A stretch of 61,291 nt of DNA, counting the filler, from Catajapyx aquilonaris (Eukaryota): NCBI GenBank assembly GCA_000934665.2. It is 2 parts of 2 records of this genome, joined end to end, with 100 filler letters (N's around TTAATTAATTAA, not from the genome) between each part and the next. Parts side by side here need not be neighbours in the genome. Positions count along the whole stretch, not along the records: positions 1 to 30,621 come from JYFJ02004630.1; 1 more part is not named here. One strand, written 5' to 3'. The notes under the pieces are model-generated. The model did not search any database. It was not told the origin of the DNA and saw nothing but the letters and a program-made list of their open reading frames with translations. The position numbers were made by a program, and so were the translations under genes. Shown one piece after another: positions 13,101 to 25,781 of this stretch; the first letter of the stretch is position 1; the number at the start of each line of letters is the position of its first letter.

Positions 13101-14102
13101 GCCCGTGATTGGTCATGGAAAAAAAAAATCCAACAAGCTTCATGGGAATGGTTGTCGGTGACACAGATAAGGTGTCACAATTCTTGACAATCCCGTTAAT
13201 TTGCGTTTAATTTGTACAGCCCACCAGTTATTTTCCTCCAGGCCTCTTAATCCCCATCAGTGCAAATGGCAAGTATTGACTTATGAGCTGAATTTTGTTT
13301 TGTAAAGAGGCCTGCATGATTTGACCCCAGAGATTTTAAAATTTTAAGTTTTCTTCCAGTGCAGTGAAGTCATTGTTTAAAAATGATTGATAAACTAAAT
13401 ATTGCTCATGGCGTGAAATTGAAGATCCCTTCACAAGCCAAGTATCAATGACAATGTCACGGCACCAATGTTCACATCATGCTGACACTACAGCGAATTT
13501 GATAATGCCCAACTGACATTCTGATTACTGTGCAGTTTATCAATCTATTTTACACAATGAGATGCCTTGAAAACGCTACAGCCCAAAAAGTTTCATGCCT
13601 TACATAATGTGGGAAGGTAGTCCTTTTGTTCTCCGATACGTCTTATCACGTTCTCGTTAACTTATGACCCAATTAGGGGATAAGGGTCTAATTTTTTTTG
13701 GCCTTAGTTTTAAAAATGTGCTTCCTGTTTGGAAATGATGCGAAACGCATTCAAACAAGAAGCCAAACTGGATACTGCACCAGTGCTGTAATGTTAATTT
13801 ATTTGAATGAATAAAAGCATCAAACCCAAGCATGCCATATTATTTGAGAAGATTACTGTCAACTTATTGCTGAGTGTCATATCATGCTTTTTGGAAATCC
13901 TGCCAAAGATTAAAGTGACGGAAAGGATGAACTCTGGTGCATGGAAGCATGGCCAAGTTTATGAGGAATCAGTTGATGCCTGTTTCAGTCATTTACAAAT
14001 CTGTAGAAATTGAATAAACACAAAAGAAACAGTTAATTCTTTTGTCATATTCCAATGAGAGTACCTATTTGGTCCCTCTCTTCAGGATTATAGAGAGAAG
14101 GT

Positions 14103-14766
14103 GAGTACACCTCAGTTGCAAAAGCCGACAAATCCGAAATAGTTGGTTCTGAGATACTAGAGAAAAACTTGTCATGGCTGACCTAATTACTGTACAAAAA
14201 TGATCAGATGCATGCTTTTTCTCAAATGTAACTCATGTGGAAAGGGCTCATTTCAAAAGTGATTATTTGGATTTGTTGGGTTTTGCAAGGAACTTGAACT
14301 GAAAAATATTTATATTGTGTACAAAAACAAGTTTCTATATGGTGCAACCATAATGGACTACCAAACAAGGCCCAACATTACATTTATCACAAGAATGACG
14401 AAATTTTTGTCATTCCTATTTCGTCATTCCCGTGACTGAGTGATTCACTATTTAATGATGTGAAATATAGCACGATGTTTGAATGTGTCGCCCTAAGAAA
14501 CACCAGCAATAATCCTCGAAGGGTACAATGCAGGATTTTTTGTATCTTGGAGTAGGCACATGGATGTGGACATTTGAAGAAGAAAAAAACGTATTTTCGC
14601 ATTGGATTTGTCAGGTTTTGCAACAGTCCAGTTTTCCTCCCCCCACTTTAGGGTGCAATGTTCGTGTTTTGGAAAAGAAAAAAAGTCTCGGCATGTAGAA
14701 TGCATTGCCACCTCCATCTCATTTTTTTGACAAGTGGATTTGTTGGCTTTTGCAACTGAGGTACTC
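14103..14766. mobile_element. Sola-like non-autonomous DNA transposon
   Basis: TIR GAGTACACCTCAGTTGCAAAAGCCGACAAATCC / GGATTTGTTGGCTTTTGCAACTGAGGTACTC; 4-bp TSD AGGT (14099-14102, 14767-14770). GAG termini with a 4-bp TSD fit Sola. Confidence 0.7.
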
Positions 14767-14904
14767 AGGTGTGACCTCTTCTGAGCAATTTTACGATTTA
14801 TTGCTCCAGCAAGTTAGAGAGTGCAAAATGGGTTGCATTGTGGTAGATTGGGTCAACCTCTTGAGGACGCCAAGTTTGGAGCAATGCAATGGGGAAAGAA
14901 AGAG

Positions 14905-15584
14905 AATGGGGAAGTAGCCTTGGTCTGGGATTTGGGATTTTTGTTCATAACTAGCTAGCCCACGCCTGTAAACATACATTCCATCACTTTGTTGCATCAA
15001 AATGACATTACTGGATAAATTACGGCACATTTAAAAGTGCCTTCAAAATTGGTGGGAAAAATGCCCCGGCCGGGTGGTGCCAATCGACAGGGTACACTGA
15101 AATGCCTGGCTGACTGCGAGATATGAGGAATTTGACTTTGAATTAACCGCGGACACGACGGAAAGCATTCGGAAGGCGGCTGTAGGCCATCGAGGTGGAG
15201 AAAGGGGGCCTTCATGTGCCTAATTCGGGAGACAGATACTTCCGACCTGGTGGCATCACTGCCATGTACAAAGCGGCTTGAGCGGCCTGGAATAAATACG
15301 CGCCCCGGCCGCTATCTTGCTCACGGAATGGGACGGTTGCTAACAACAGCGAAGCATTTTACAACAATGACGGGGCGCGTTCTGTAACACCCTTTTTGCG
15401 TTCATTTCACTTCGCGTGACGTCAACATTTTCTAGGGAAACAGTGACGTCACCATTTCCCTACATAAAAACCCCAATTACTCCGGAACTGAAACTGATAT
15501 CTTAAAACGGAATATGCCAAAAAAATCCAAAAAATATGGGCGAATTTATTATGTAGTTTCCAAAATGAAGGCTACTTCCCCATT
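14905..15584. mobile_element. MITE
   Basis: 17-bp perfect TIR AATGGGGAAGTAGCCTT / AAGGCTACTTCCCCATT with a CpG-rich interior. Confidence 0.6.
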
Positions 15585-16179
15585 GGGAGCAGTTTTGTTT
15601 GGAACTGTGTAGTGACCAGGCAACTGGCTGTTGATGGTTGCCTGGTCACTGCATTATTGATGTCAGGGGATCCTGAGTGTTTGTGTTTGTTGTTTAGTTC
15701 TATTCCTGACGTCCTTTGGGACGGACGTATGTAGCCGGTTGTTCTGGAATACAATCCATTGTGTTTCTTAAACCTTTTCCCCGTGTGTTATTCGAGGTGT
15801 CTCTGACGTTGGCATCATGGGGCACTACAACTGCCAATCTTTCAATGCTGGCTCACTTTGCTACACTCAGGTGTTACTCTCTTCTCTACTCTTGCCTGAC
15901 CAATTTTACAATGCAGTGGAGGAAGTTCAGAAACCTGACTCCATCTGTATCTCTTTTTCGAGATTATGGAGAGAGAGAGAGAAAACACATGAATGGTGAT
16001 AGCTGTTTACATCGCCCATCGTACACATCAGTCTGAAGCAAGCTGTTCTTGAGGGTGGATGCAAGTCTGGTGGCTCCTGACTATTTACATCCTGGGGTTG
16101 TTTTTGCATAGTTTTAATGTGAATTTTTGTATGTTTGTACGTATGTGTACATTGTGCGAGTGTTTATGTGTCTGTATGT

Positions 16180-16467
16180 TTTTATTTATTTATTTATTTA
16201 ACCTGTGATAGAGCCAGTGGCTCTCTTAGGGGGGAAGGGGGTGGTTCCCTAGGGAGGGCGCTGAAATTTTTAGTCATTTCTGACTTATGAAAATACACCA
16301 GGCCTTTTCTACTGGCCCCGGGCAGATAGGGAGTGCAATTCTGCCCCGGCATGTCGGGTGAAAAGGGAAAAAGACCCGGCCAAGCAGAGGTGACAGGGAC
16401 GGGATTTGAACCCCGGCCTCCCGCTTGGCTGGCCAACGGCGTAACCGTTAGACCACCATGCCGCCCC
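16180..16467 (-). mobile_element. tRNA-derived SINE
   Basis: Minus-strand head with A box TGGTCTAACGG and B box GGTTCAAATCC; (TAAA)n tail; 11-bp TSD TGTCTGTATGT (16169-16179, 16468-16478). Confidence 0.85.
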
Positions 16468-17675
16468 TGTCTGTATGTATATTCATATCATCCTTTTCAT
16501 TATCATCCTTTTCATTATATACTTTGCGTGGCCTGACCAGTCACCAAAGGATTCATTAAATTGGTCGTTCGAGATGGTCAGGTGGATTGTACCTGGTCAT
16601 CGCTGGTAACCACATCTTGGGAATATGCCGTGAGTGGAATGAATGAATGAATGAATGAATGAGAGAAAACACCCAAAATCCAGCACAATTTTTGTGCTGT
16701 GTGGCAGTGCACTGCATTTGCATTGTTGACATTCTCATTATTCATAATTTCATGAAAGGAGTTAATATTATACTGTATATTACTACATATACAGCGTTTT
16801 CTGCTTTCCATATATCTAAAATGCACACTACTGCATACTGACTAATGAAACTATACACAAAAATGCAAAATTAGCTCACCTGTCAATTACGCAGGACCCA
16901 AAAAATCTGAGATTTTCTTCTCCCGTCACCTTGTTGCCAAGTATAGTAGAAAAAGCATGATTGTGACCTTTTCTGCAATTGTAAAGGAGCATCGTCTGTA
17001 GTTGTACATGCTGCACAACATCTTGGCTGTCTTCGTCTGAACTGCCTGACTCAGGTATGCACTCAGGCACAGCCCAAGCATGGGAACCAAGGTCTGGAAT
17101 ACATTGAACAGAGCATGTGTGCCTCAACCTTGAGATGCAAAACTTGCGACTAGGAAGCTTCAATAAGTGACAAATGGGGAAAATCACCCCCACTCTAGTA
17201 TGCAAGACTTTCTTCACGTGGGAAAGGAAGCTGAGTAATCAAAAGCAGCATATTTTTCCACCAAGGGGCCAAGAAATGGTCTGATATAGCCGAGGTGAGG
17301 TGAAAATTGAGTAATATCAGGAGTAAAAATACACAAGATGCCTTGTGGAAGTACGGTGGGACTGGCCTTTCGAGGCTGTTATATCCGGAGTCAACTGTAG
17401 TTGTAATACTATATTGTAGCACTTGGTGCATGGCAAATTGAAGTTCCGGTTTTTGAGAACTCACTAGGTTTTTCTGAATATTTTTCAGTTGAACACATGG
17501 ATGTGGAAGCTCACAGATACTGAGGGCACACTGTACTTGTGCTCAGTGCCATTCAAGTTTGACAGACTAGTTACAAAACATTCGTTATTTTGGCAAGAGT
17601 AGAGCTAATATTGAGTTTCACGTGTGAGACAATTAATTTCAAACTATTCTTGAACAAAGCGAATGGAGACAGACT

Positions 17676-17957
17676 TTAGTGGGGGCTTAACATCTGCCTA
17701 TTTCTGATGCTAAGGCTCAACACCGACACCAGGGGGTGGTCCTCCTCCTGGAAATTTTGCCACTCTGGGGATCTTTAACGTGCACTCGCGCAATGTCACA
17801 AGCACACGGGACCGACGGCTTTACTTCCCCTCCGAAGGAAGGCGCACTGTCACTTTTCTACCATCCGGAGAAAAGTCACTGACCTCGACCGGGTTCGAAC
17901 CCACAACTTTGGGACTAGAGGCGAGCACGCTAACCACCAGACAACCAGAGTGCCGGC
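17676..17957 (-). mobile_element. tRNA-derived SINE with a Deu/Nin-like central domain
   Basis: Minus-strand A box TGTCTGGTGG and B box GGTTCGAACCC; core GGGATCTTTAACGTGCAC...CACACGGGACC...CCGAAGGA recalls Deu/Nin SINE cores; 14-bp TSD AATG(G/A)AGACAGACT (17662-17675, 17958-17971). Confidence 0.8.
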
Positions 17958-20030
17958 AATGAAGACAGACTAAGAATTGCTCTCTCTCTCCCTCCAAGCT
18001 CTGTGCGAGGAAGTCATCATAGAGAAAGGGAAGAGAGCTACCCTTTCTAATGGCTGAAAATGCCCATTTGCCTGGTTGCTACAAGATAAAGAGTTGTTTT
18101 TTTTGTTTTTATTGCTATTGTTTACATAATTATCATCCAGCATTCTTTATTGGGTTTAAGGAACTCGATTCCTTGGTCCTCATCCACTTAATAAGGAAGA
18201 CATAGACACAAAATTTGGACAAAAGCTGACAGAGGGTAAGTGTTGTGCTGCGCCACATCGAAATGCAGCAACCCTTCCTTGAAAATGACCCATAATATAG
18301 GCTATTCCATTCATTATTATCGCAGAAACATGCCACTCAGAATAAAGGTGTTGCCTTTTCTGCTGGAACACTTCTGCCTCTCACGCATCGTAACCTTGGT
18401 CCTTAAGTCCTGCCTACGGAATCCAGATGGCGAGTCCCAAGGAAATACAGGAACTGGCCAAGACCATCCCAGTTACCGTCGTCAACAGGTATGTGCAGAG
18501 AATTATTCTCCTCGCCATTTACTCGGACCAGCAATACCAAGTGGTCAACATCCAAGATGCTCTGTGCCCCTGGTGCACCCGAGTCTCCATTGCCACCCTC
18601 TGAGCAGAGATCACACTTCTGTACAACCTGGACACTGGACAGGCTGAGGAACCTGGCCCATCTCTGCCTGGGGTGGTTCAACCCTGCGCTGGAGCAACCA
18701 GACTTAGCTGGATTTGTGTCCAAGCATCTCCTTCAACTCCGAAAGCTCAAGTCGCTTCTGATAGTGAGTATGGTGACAGATAAGTCATACCTGTTTAAGA
18801 GGCTGGCCAAGTACTGCCCTGGTCTGGAAGAGCTGCCCAGAGAAGCAGGTGTTTGTGGAGTAGGCTACTGTTACAGTACCTAAACTACTGTGAAGGAAGA
18901 ATCGACGGTGTCAATTGTTGTACCACTGCATGGTCCAAAGTCTGGTCAATATACCTATTGTCACAACATTATAAGTTTATTTGCCAAAGGTATTTAGTGG
19001 GGAGGTTAAGGACATTTACTTTGCACTTTGTGATTAACGCATGCCACTTGGGACATGTGTCATTTGGACCTATGTGAGCCGATTTCGGGTTGTTGCCAAG
19101 TTGGGGGGTCGTGCATGGGGGGGGGGGGGGNGGTCATACATGGCACCAACAGATTTCGGTCAAATTCTTCCAATTTTTATATGTTGTGGGCAACGACATC
19201 CTGGTCATTTTTTGTCTTTGGAAAAAAGTCGTAACTTTAATAGGTCACAGGTTATAGGTCAGGGAAATTCGGCAAATCGTTCCCTTATAACACCCTATAA
19301 ACAGCGCATCAGTGGATAGGTGTCGTGCAGAGGATTCAGAAAAACATATACACCTGACCTCTGTGACCTACAGATCAAAACTTATTGACTTGTGTGTGAG
19401 GTCACAAATGTACGTGTTATTTGATAACCCAGTCACCCCACTCGTGTCATATATCGATCGATAGGTCTATTCAAGAAGGTTAAGAAAATCATGTGGTTGA
19501 GCACAACTAATTTAATATGTGGAATCGTGTCCTTTCAAGTTGCAGCAATTTTAAAAAAACTGGCAGGAAATCCTTTTCTGTTATTCTATGCGATGTCTTC
19601 GGCAAATATGGCTGGAAACATACTTACGACGCCTCAAAATATGTTCATAAGTCGTTTAAACACAGGTCTTTAAACAGAGCTCAACCACAGTTAGGCCTAA
19701 TCATCGGAATTTTCCGCTGCACATACATAATGCTATACACTTCAGCTCTCGCCTAATGCAATATTACACTTCGACCCGCATGTCGTTTTGCATTTGCATT
19801 GGATAAGTTCCAAGCAAGCTTGTGAAGCAACCGGCATATTGGTCCAGACGGGCACCCAAAAGTTATCTTCCCTTTTCCATCCCCATCCTGCCGAACGTGC
19901 GATACAACCCCCTCTGCAGTTGTGGTTTATTTGTCAAAGTACTTTTCGCTCTATTCGCTTTCTCACTTGAATCAAGTGGTTGGCCCTGACAAGGGCCGTT
20001 TGTTAAATTAGTGATGACGACTATGAGTGT

Positions 20031-20383
20031 TTATGCCTTCTTCTCGGTCTTCTTTGGGAGGAGGACGGCCTGGATGTTTGGCAGCACTCCGCCCTGGGCG
20101 ATGGTCACCCCATAGAGAAGCTTGTTCAGCTCCTCGTCGTACCTGATGGCCAGCTGGAGTCTTCTTGTCACGGGCAGCGTAGCCTGCCAGCTCGAGCACC
20201 TCGGCGGCCAAGTACTCCCATCACGGCCGCCAGGTAGACGGGGGCTCCGGCACCGACACGCTCGGCGTAGTTGCCCTCGCGGAGGAGACGATGGATGCGG
20301 CCCACGTGGAACTGGAGGCCGGCCCGGCTGGAGCGGGTCTTGGACTTCCCCTTCACCTTGCCTCCCTTGCCACGGCCAGTCAT
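20031..20383 (-). pseudogene. His2A: Histone H2A (canonical type), frameshifted
   Basis: [25 protein letters not shown]...; an extra G at VM|E (about 20217), deletion of the RIIPRH segment, ends PKKTEKKA. Stem-loop GGCCCT-TGTC-AGGGCC at 19982-19997 has a mutated loop. Confidence 0.85.
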
Positions 20384-20469
20384 CTTTGCAGAGTATGTGC
20401 GAGAGGAAGCTGTACAACCAAACGATCGGAGCTCTGAAGAGAGAATGAGGGGTGGAAGGGTGGGGGGAT

Positions 20470-20583
20470 GGCCGTTAAATAGGCGAAATGGTTCTGAATA
20501 AGGGCGCGCGCTGATTGGGCCGCCCGGAGCCAATGGGAGCGCAAGACCGTGGCCAGTTGCGAACCTTGCCGCTTCTATAAAAC
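20470..20583. promoter_or_regulatory. Divergent H2A/H2B promoter
   Basis: Opposed CCAAT boxes (ATTGG near 20514, CCAAT 20530), TATAAAA at 20576 and TATTTAA on the minus strand near 20475. Confidence 0.65.
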
Positions 20584-20666
20584 GGCCACTCTGCGCGTGG
20601 AAAACTTCATTCTACATTTTGGATCTCGTTGCGTTCGGTCCGTGTCCCGATAAGCTCTGCATTAAG

Positions 20667-21037
<371 letters not shown>

Positions 21038-21507
21038 ATCGCTCCTCTTCATCCAGACAACTAAACAAACGGTCCTTTTCAGGGCCAACACTTTTCTCAA
21101 GTAGAGATGAGCATTGTTGCGACATGTCTGAATTTCATCTGGAACTTGGGGAACGAATAAAATTGCAAGCAAAAAGAGGCTCAAAGGGTAGATTAATATT
21201 GGCGTTGCCAGTTGACTATGATCGACAATGACTGTCAACTGCGCAACAATTAAGAATGCTGGTGATGGGGACAGTGTTGAAGCTGATTAAAAACCGATAC
21301 GATGCGATATTCAAATCACTGCAAATCGATATATCGACCTCGAATCGATGTATCATTGTTCCCAACAGTAATGTGCGGGAATTATTTGCAGACTGTTTCC
21401 CCTATTTCCCCTATTTAAGGGTCACTCAAGCCCCGCCCGTCTTCATTTACTGCCTAGACTTCTGTTCGTCTGCTTGTCCGGCACTGATCTCACACCGCAC
21501 CGAGAAG

Positions 21508-21882
21508 ATGACTGGCCGTGGAAAGGGAGGCAAGACGAAGGCGAAGCCGAAGACCCGCTCTAGCCGGGCCGGCCTGTTGTTCCCCGTCGGCCGTGTCCAT
21601 CGTCTTCTGTGGAAGGGCAACTACGCATCTCGAGTCGGATCTGTGCCCCCCGTCTACTTGGCGGCCGTAATGGAGTACCTGGCCGCCGAGGTGCTCGAGA
21701 TGGCAGGCAACGCGGCCCGTGACAACAAGAAGTCGAGGATCAACCCCCGCCACCTCCAGCTGGCCGTCAGGAACGACGAGGAGCTCAACAAGGTCTTCTC
21801 GGGGGTGACCATCGCCCAGGGAGGGGGGCTGCCAAACATCCAGGCCGTCCTCCTCCCAAAGAAGACCGAGGAGAAGGCTTAG
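21508..21882 (+). CDS. His2A: Histone H2A, divergent, intact ORF (124 aa)
   Basis: ATG at 21508, [50 protein letters not shown]...PKKTEEKA; stem-loop AGCCCT-TTTA-AGGGCT at 21925-21940; upstream TATTTAA. Confidence 0.8.
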   Translation: MTGRGKGGKTKAKPKTRSSRAGLLFPVGRVHRLLWKGNYASRVGSVPPVYLAAVMEYLAAEVLEMAGNAARDNKKSRINPRHLQLAVRNDEELNKVFSGVTIAQGGGLPNIQAVLLPKKTEEKA

Positions 21883-22439
21883 ATTCACCGTCCACACATC
21901 TCTACCGCCTCTTATAAACTAAACAGCCCTTTTAAGGGCTACCACAAGATTCACGTGAGAAGGCGAACACAGAGAGAGCAAAAATAAGCTAACCTACATA
22001 CATTGTATTGCTCAGGTTGTCTAATTTTAGCTTTTGAAACCGTGAATCGAGATACTGAAGAAAAAAAAATCCACTCTTACGGGCAAGTTGAATTGTCTGG
22101 TTACAATCAATAATTGGCCTTCTTTCGAGCTGAAATATTATATAAAAAAGTTGATGTGTTACATGTCACATCGCAGAATAATAGCAGTAAATATTAGGCG
22201 CGCCAACCCGATATAGTACATACTGTATAATATAATTTTGTAGCATGCCAGATACCTCCTAACAATGTAGCTATGTACACCACTCAATTTGCTGCTGACT
22301 GTAACAGACAAACTGACAATATTCAAATATTTCCATGCCTACCATATCATTAGAACTTCCTTCTTTTTAGCCTATCAATACTTACTTGCTATGATTGTTG
22401 TAATTGGGATCCGGTACTCGGGTGAGGGGGATATGTTTT

Positions 22440-22703
22440 TATTAGATCGCCCATTTTCTTCTGAAATGTTCCGAAGAGCTAATTGATGCTATTTGGTCCA
22501 AAATGTATATCTCAACGTGATAGGTGTGGTAGCCCTGAAAAGGGCTGTTTGTTTAAGGCTGGGGCTGGTGGTCCTTCCTAAAAGGAAGTCTGAGGAGGTT
22601 TAGGCCCGCTCTCCACGGATGGGGCGGGCAAGCTGGATGTCCTTGGGCATGATGGTGACCCTCTTGGCGTGGATGGCGCAGATGTTGGCATCCTCCAACA
22701 GGC
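22440..22703 (-). pseudogene. His3: 3' fragment of the variant H3 gene (inverted duplicate of about 24848-25110)
   Basis: Encodes [33 protein letters not shown] (stop at 22600) and carries a near-identical 3' UTR and stem-loop (22531-22546). Confidence 0.85.
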
Positions 22704-22926
22704 AGCAGGGATGTTGAGCTGTCCAAACACAAAAAGGCATGGGACAAAAAAATATACTGTGCCTTCATATTCATCAGTCACTTTATTCCGAATGACTTTC
22801 TGAAAGCTGCAAGTCTTTACTGAGTAAGTGAGTTGGCATCGACAATGGGGCCCGAGACAAGTTAGCACCATTCACAGGCCCTGAGAAACCTGAAAACAAT
22901 TCAAATGGTCAGTCACTGACACTACT

Positions 22927-23135
22927 CAAGAAGTGGAGGATCATCCCCCGCCGCCTCCTGCTGGCCGTCAGTAACGACGAGGACCTCAACAAGCTTTTCT
23001 CGGGGGTGACCATCGCCCGAGTCCTGCCTAACATACATGCCGTTCTCCTCCCGAAGAAGACCGAGAAGAAGGCTTATATTCGCCCACCACCCATCTTTCC
23101 CGCCCCATATAAACAAAAGTGCCCTTTTCAGGGCT
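22927..23135 (+). pseudogene. His2A: 3' fragment of histone H2A
   Basis: [49 protein letters not shown] with the stop lost and no 5' half; stem-loop at 23120-23135. Confidence 0.85.
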
Positions 23136-23889
23136 ACCACTTGATTCAAGTGAGACGGCGACCAGAGCAAAAAGGACTTGAACAATATACTAAACGATGT
23201 ATAGCAGGCTGTTACTACTCTTGATTTCAACGGGTGAAACACGAACCTAGAAATTGAAATGTAATGGTTCGGCGGGTACTAATGAGAGCAGTTCAATTTG
23301 ATAGTAAAAACAAGTGGCAATGTCTCTGGCGCAAAATATTATAACAGGTCAAGTAATTGGTGTCACCTACAGAATAACAGCAGTGCATATTACAGTACTT
23401 CTTCCCGGCCAACCCGTATTTAAAATTAAAGCATGCAAAATATAGAGGGTGTTCCAGACTGGTGGGTCACTTTTTAATGACTTCTATAGGGCGATATCAG
23501 TTATCAGGGTTATCATATACCTGTCAAAGCGACAATCAATAACTGAAATAACAGATAACACCTACGAGAAAATTCTACTTCTTAATTAGAATAACGTATA
23601 TCATCTCATAATAATTATGAGATGTGACTTACGAGGTTTTTTGCAGAGATGGATTGAGCTAAATAGGGGGTCTAACGAAAGCGCCTTGTGAAGTCACCAC
23701 TTACATATCCTAATTACAGTCTCAAAACGAAGTGACCAGTGCACCCCATCCTTTATTCACGATTCATTTTTTACTATTCTACGAATGAGAAGAAAAAAAA
23801 GGTTTCGCTCTCAACTGGAGAATTTTGTTGGCCCTGAAAAGGGCCGTTTGTTTCAGTTGAGTTCTACTGGTAGGACCACCCGGTGATGT

Positions 23890-24440
<551 letters not shown>

Positions 24441-24540
24441 GGGGCACACTCTCGGGGCGGGAGCATCATTCCTGGCTTGACTTTCGGAGAAGACGCATCG
24501 CTCGACCGCCACTCTCGCCCGCTCTTTCCACGCAGCCATC

Positions 24541-24951
24541 ATGGTCCGCACGAAGCAATCCTCCCGCAAGTCGACCGGAGGGAAGGCCCCTCGGAAGGAG
24601 CTGGCCACCAAGGCAGCGCACCCGGGCGTCTATGCCAACGGCGCGGTGAAGAGGCCCCACCGGTACAGGCCTGGCACCGTGGCTCTTCGTGAGATCCGCC
24701 GCTACCAGAAGAGCACCGAGCTGCTGATCCGGAAGCTCCCGTTCCAGCGGCTGGTCCGCGAGATCGCCCAGGATGTCAAGTTAGACCTGCGCTTCCAGAG
24801 CTCGGCGGTGATGGCCCTGCAGGAGGCCTCCGAGGCCTACCTGGTGGGCCTGTTGGAGGATGCCAACATCTGCGCCATCCACGCCAAGAGGGTCACCATC
24901 ATGCCCAAGGACATCCAGCTTGCCCGCCGCATCCGTGGAGAGCGGGCCTAA
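24541..24951 (+). CDS. His3: Histone H3, divergent variant lacking K27/S28 (136 aa)
   Basis: Intact ORF with the H3 fold and the SAVM 87-90 replication-dependent motif; tail reads [17 protein letters not shown]; stem-loop AGCCCT-TTTC-AGGGCT at 25005-25020. Confidence 0.92.
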   Translation: MVRTKQSSRKSTGGKAPRKELATKAAHPGVYANGAVKRPHRYRPGTVALREIRRYQKSTELLIRKLPFQRLVREIAQDVKLDLRFQSSAVMALQEASEAYLVGLLEDANICAIHAKRVTIMPKDIQLARRIRGERA

Positions 24952-25342
24952 ACCTCCTCAGACTTCCTTTTAGGAAGGACCACCAGCCCCAGCCTTAAAC
25001 AAACAGCCCTTTTCAGGGCTACCACACCTATCACGTTGAGATATGCACTTTGGACAAAAAAGCATCAATTACATTTGCAACATTTCGGAATAAAATGGGC
25101 GCGCTGATAAGAACAGTTATTGGTAAAATCGCGTAAGCTGCTACTTTTTAAGCAGATACTTGCTAAGAGTTACTTTCTCGAGTATCTGGAATAGCACCTG
25201 CTGATATTATATTATATATCCATGCACCTGATCTCTCGCAAATTATTTAGCGCTGTACAATATAATATAAACTCGGAGAATTTAACAGTCGTATTTTGAA
25301 GAAACCTGATTTTGGCCATTATTGGGGCGCGAAAAAGGTGTA

Positions 25343-25781
25343 TGGGACAACGACTAAAAATCAGAAAGTGAGTTATTCGGATAGTCTAAAACGTGGGCTT
25401 TCAGAATATAATATATTCTGAAAGCCCACGTTTTAGACGTTTTTAGACGTTTTTAGACGTTTTAGACGTATTATCTACCTGATATATGATAATCTGGCCT
25501 GGAGAGACGGTAGGGCCATTTGTTTGAATGCAAGTTCCGCCGGCAGCTGCGGCGTTTTCACCCGCCATCATAATGCCCCCACGGGAGAACACTGGAAAGG
25601 TCCGAAGCCATCCGATGATGGCCGGGTGAAGACGTCGCAGCTGCCGGCGGAACTTGCCTTCAAACAAAAGGCCCTACCGTCTCTCCAGGCCAGATTATCA
25701 TATATCAGGTAGATATATTCTGAAAGCCCACGTTTTAGACTATCCGAATAACTCACTTCCTGATTTTTAGTCGTTGTCCCA
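25343..25781. mobile_element. Foldback/palindromic MITE with an internal rearrangement
   Basis: TGGGACAACGACTAAAAATCAG... and ...CTGATTTTTAGTCGTTGTCCCA form long inverted arms around a short spacer (about 25572-25613). Confidence 0.75.

Noticed and set aside
16390..16467. tRNA gene (also 17880-17957)
   Set aside because: A/B boxes are present but followed by SINE bodies and bounded by TSDs.
16876..18900. Short ORFs with coding-like composition around the second SINE
   Set aside because: No recognisable family, many stops; probably a decayed transposon.
21256..21507. N-terminal extensions of the H2A ORF (and of H4 at 24202-24282) in the ORF track
   Set aside because: They run through promoter or leader sequence; the true starts are the MTGRGK ATGs.
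24541..24951. Assignment as CenH3 or H3.3
   Set aside because: Canonical length with no loop-1 extension, SAVM rather than AAIG, intronless with a stem-loop.
25384..25467. CRISPR-like GTTTTAGAC repeats
   Set aside because: Eukaryotic context, no unique spacers and no cas genes; explained by local duplication within a palindromic MITE.
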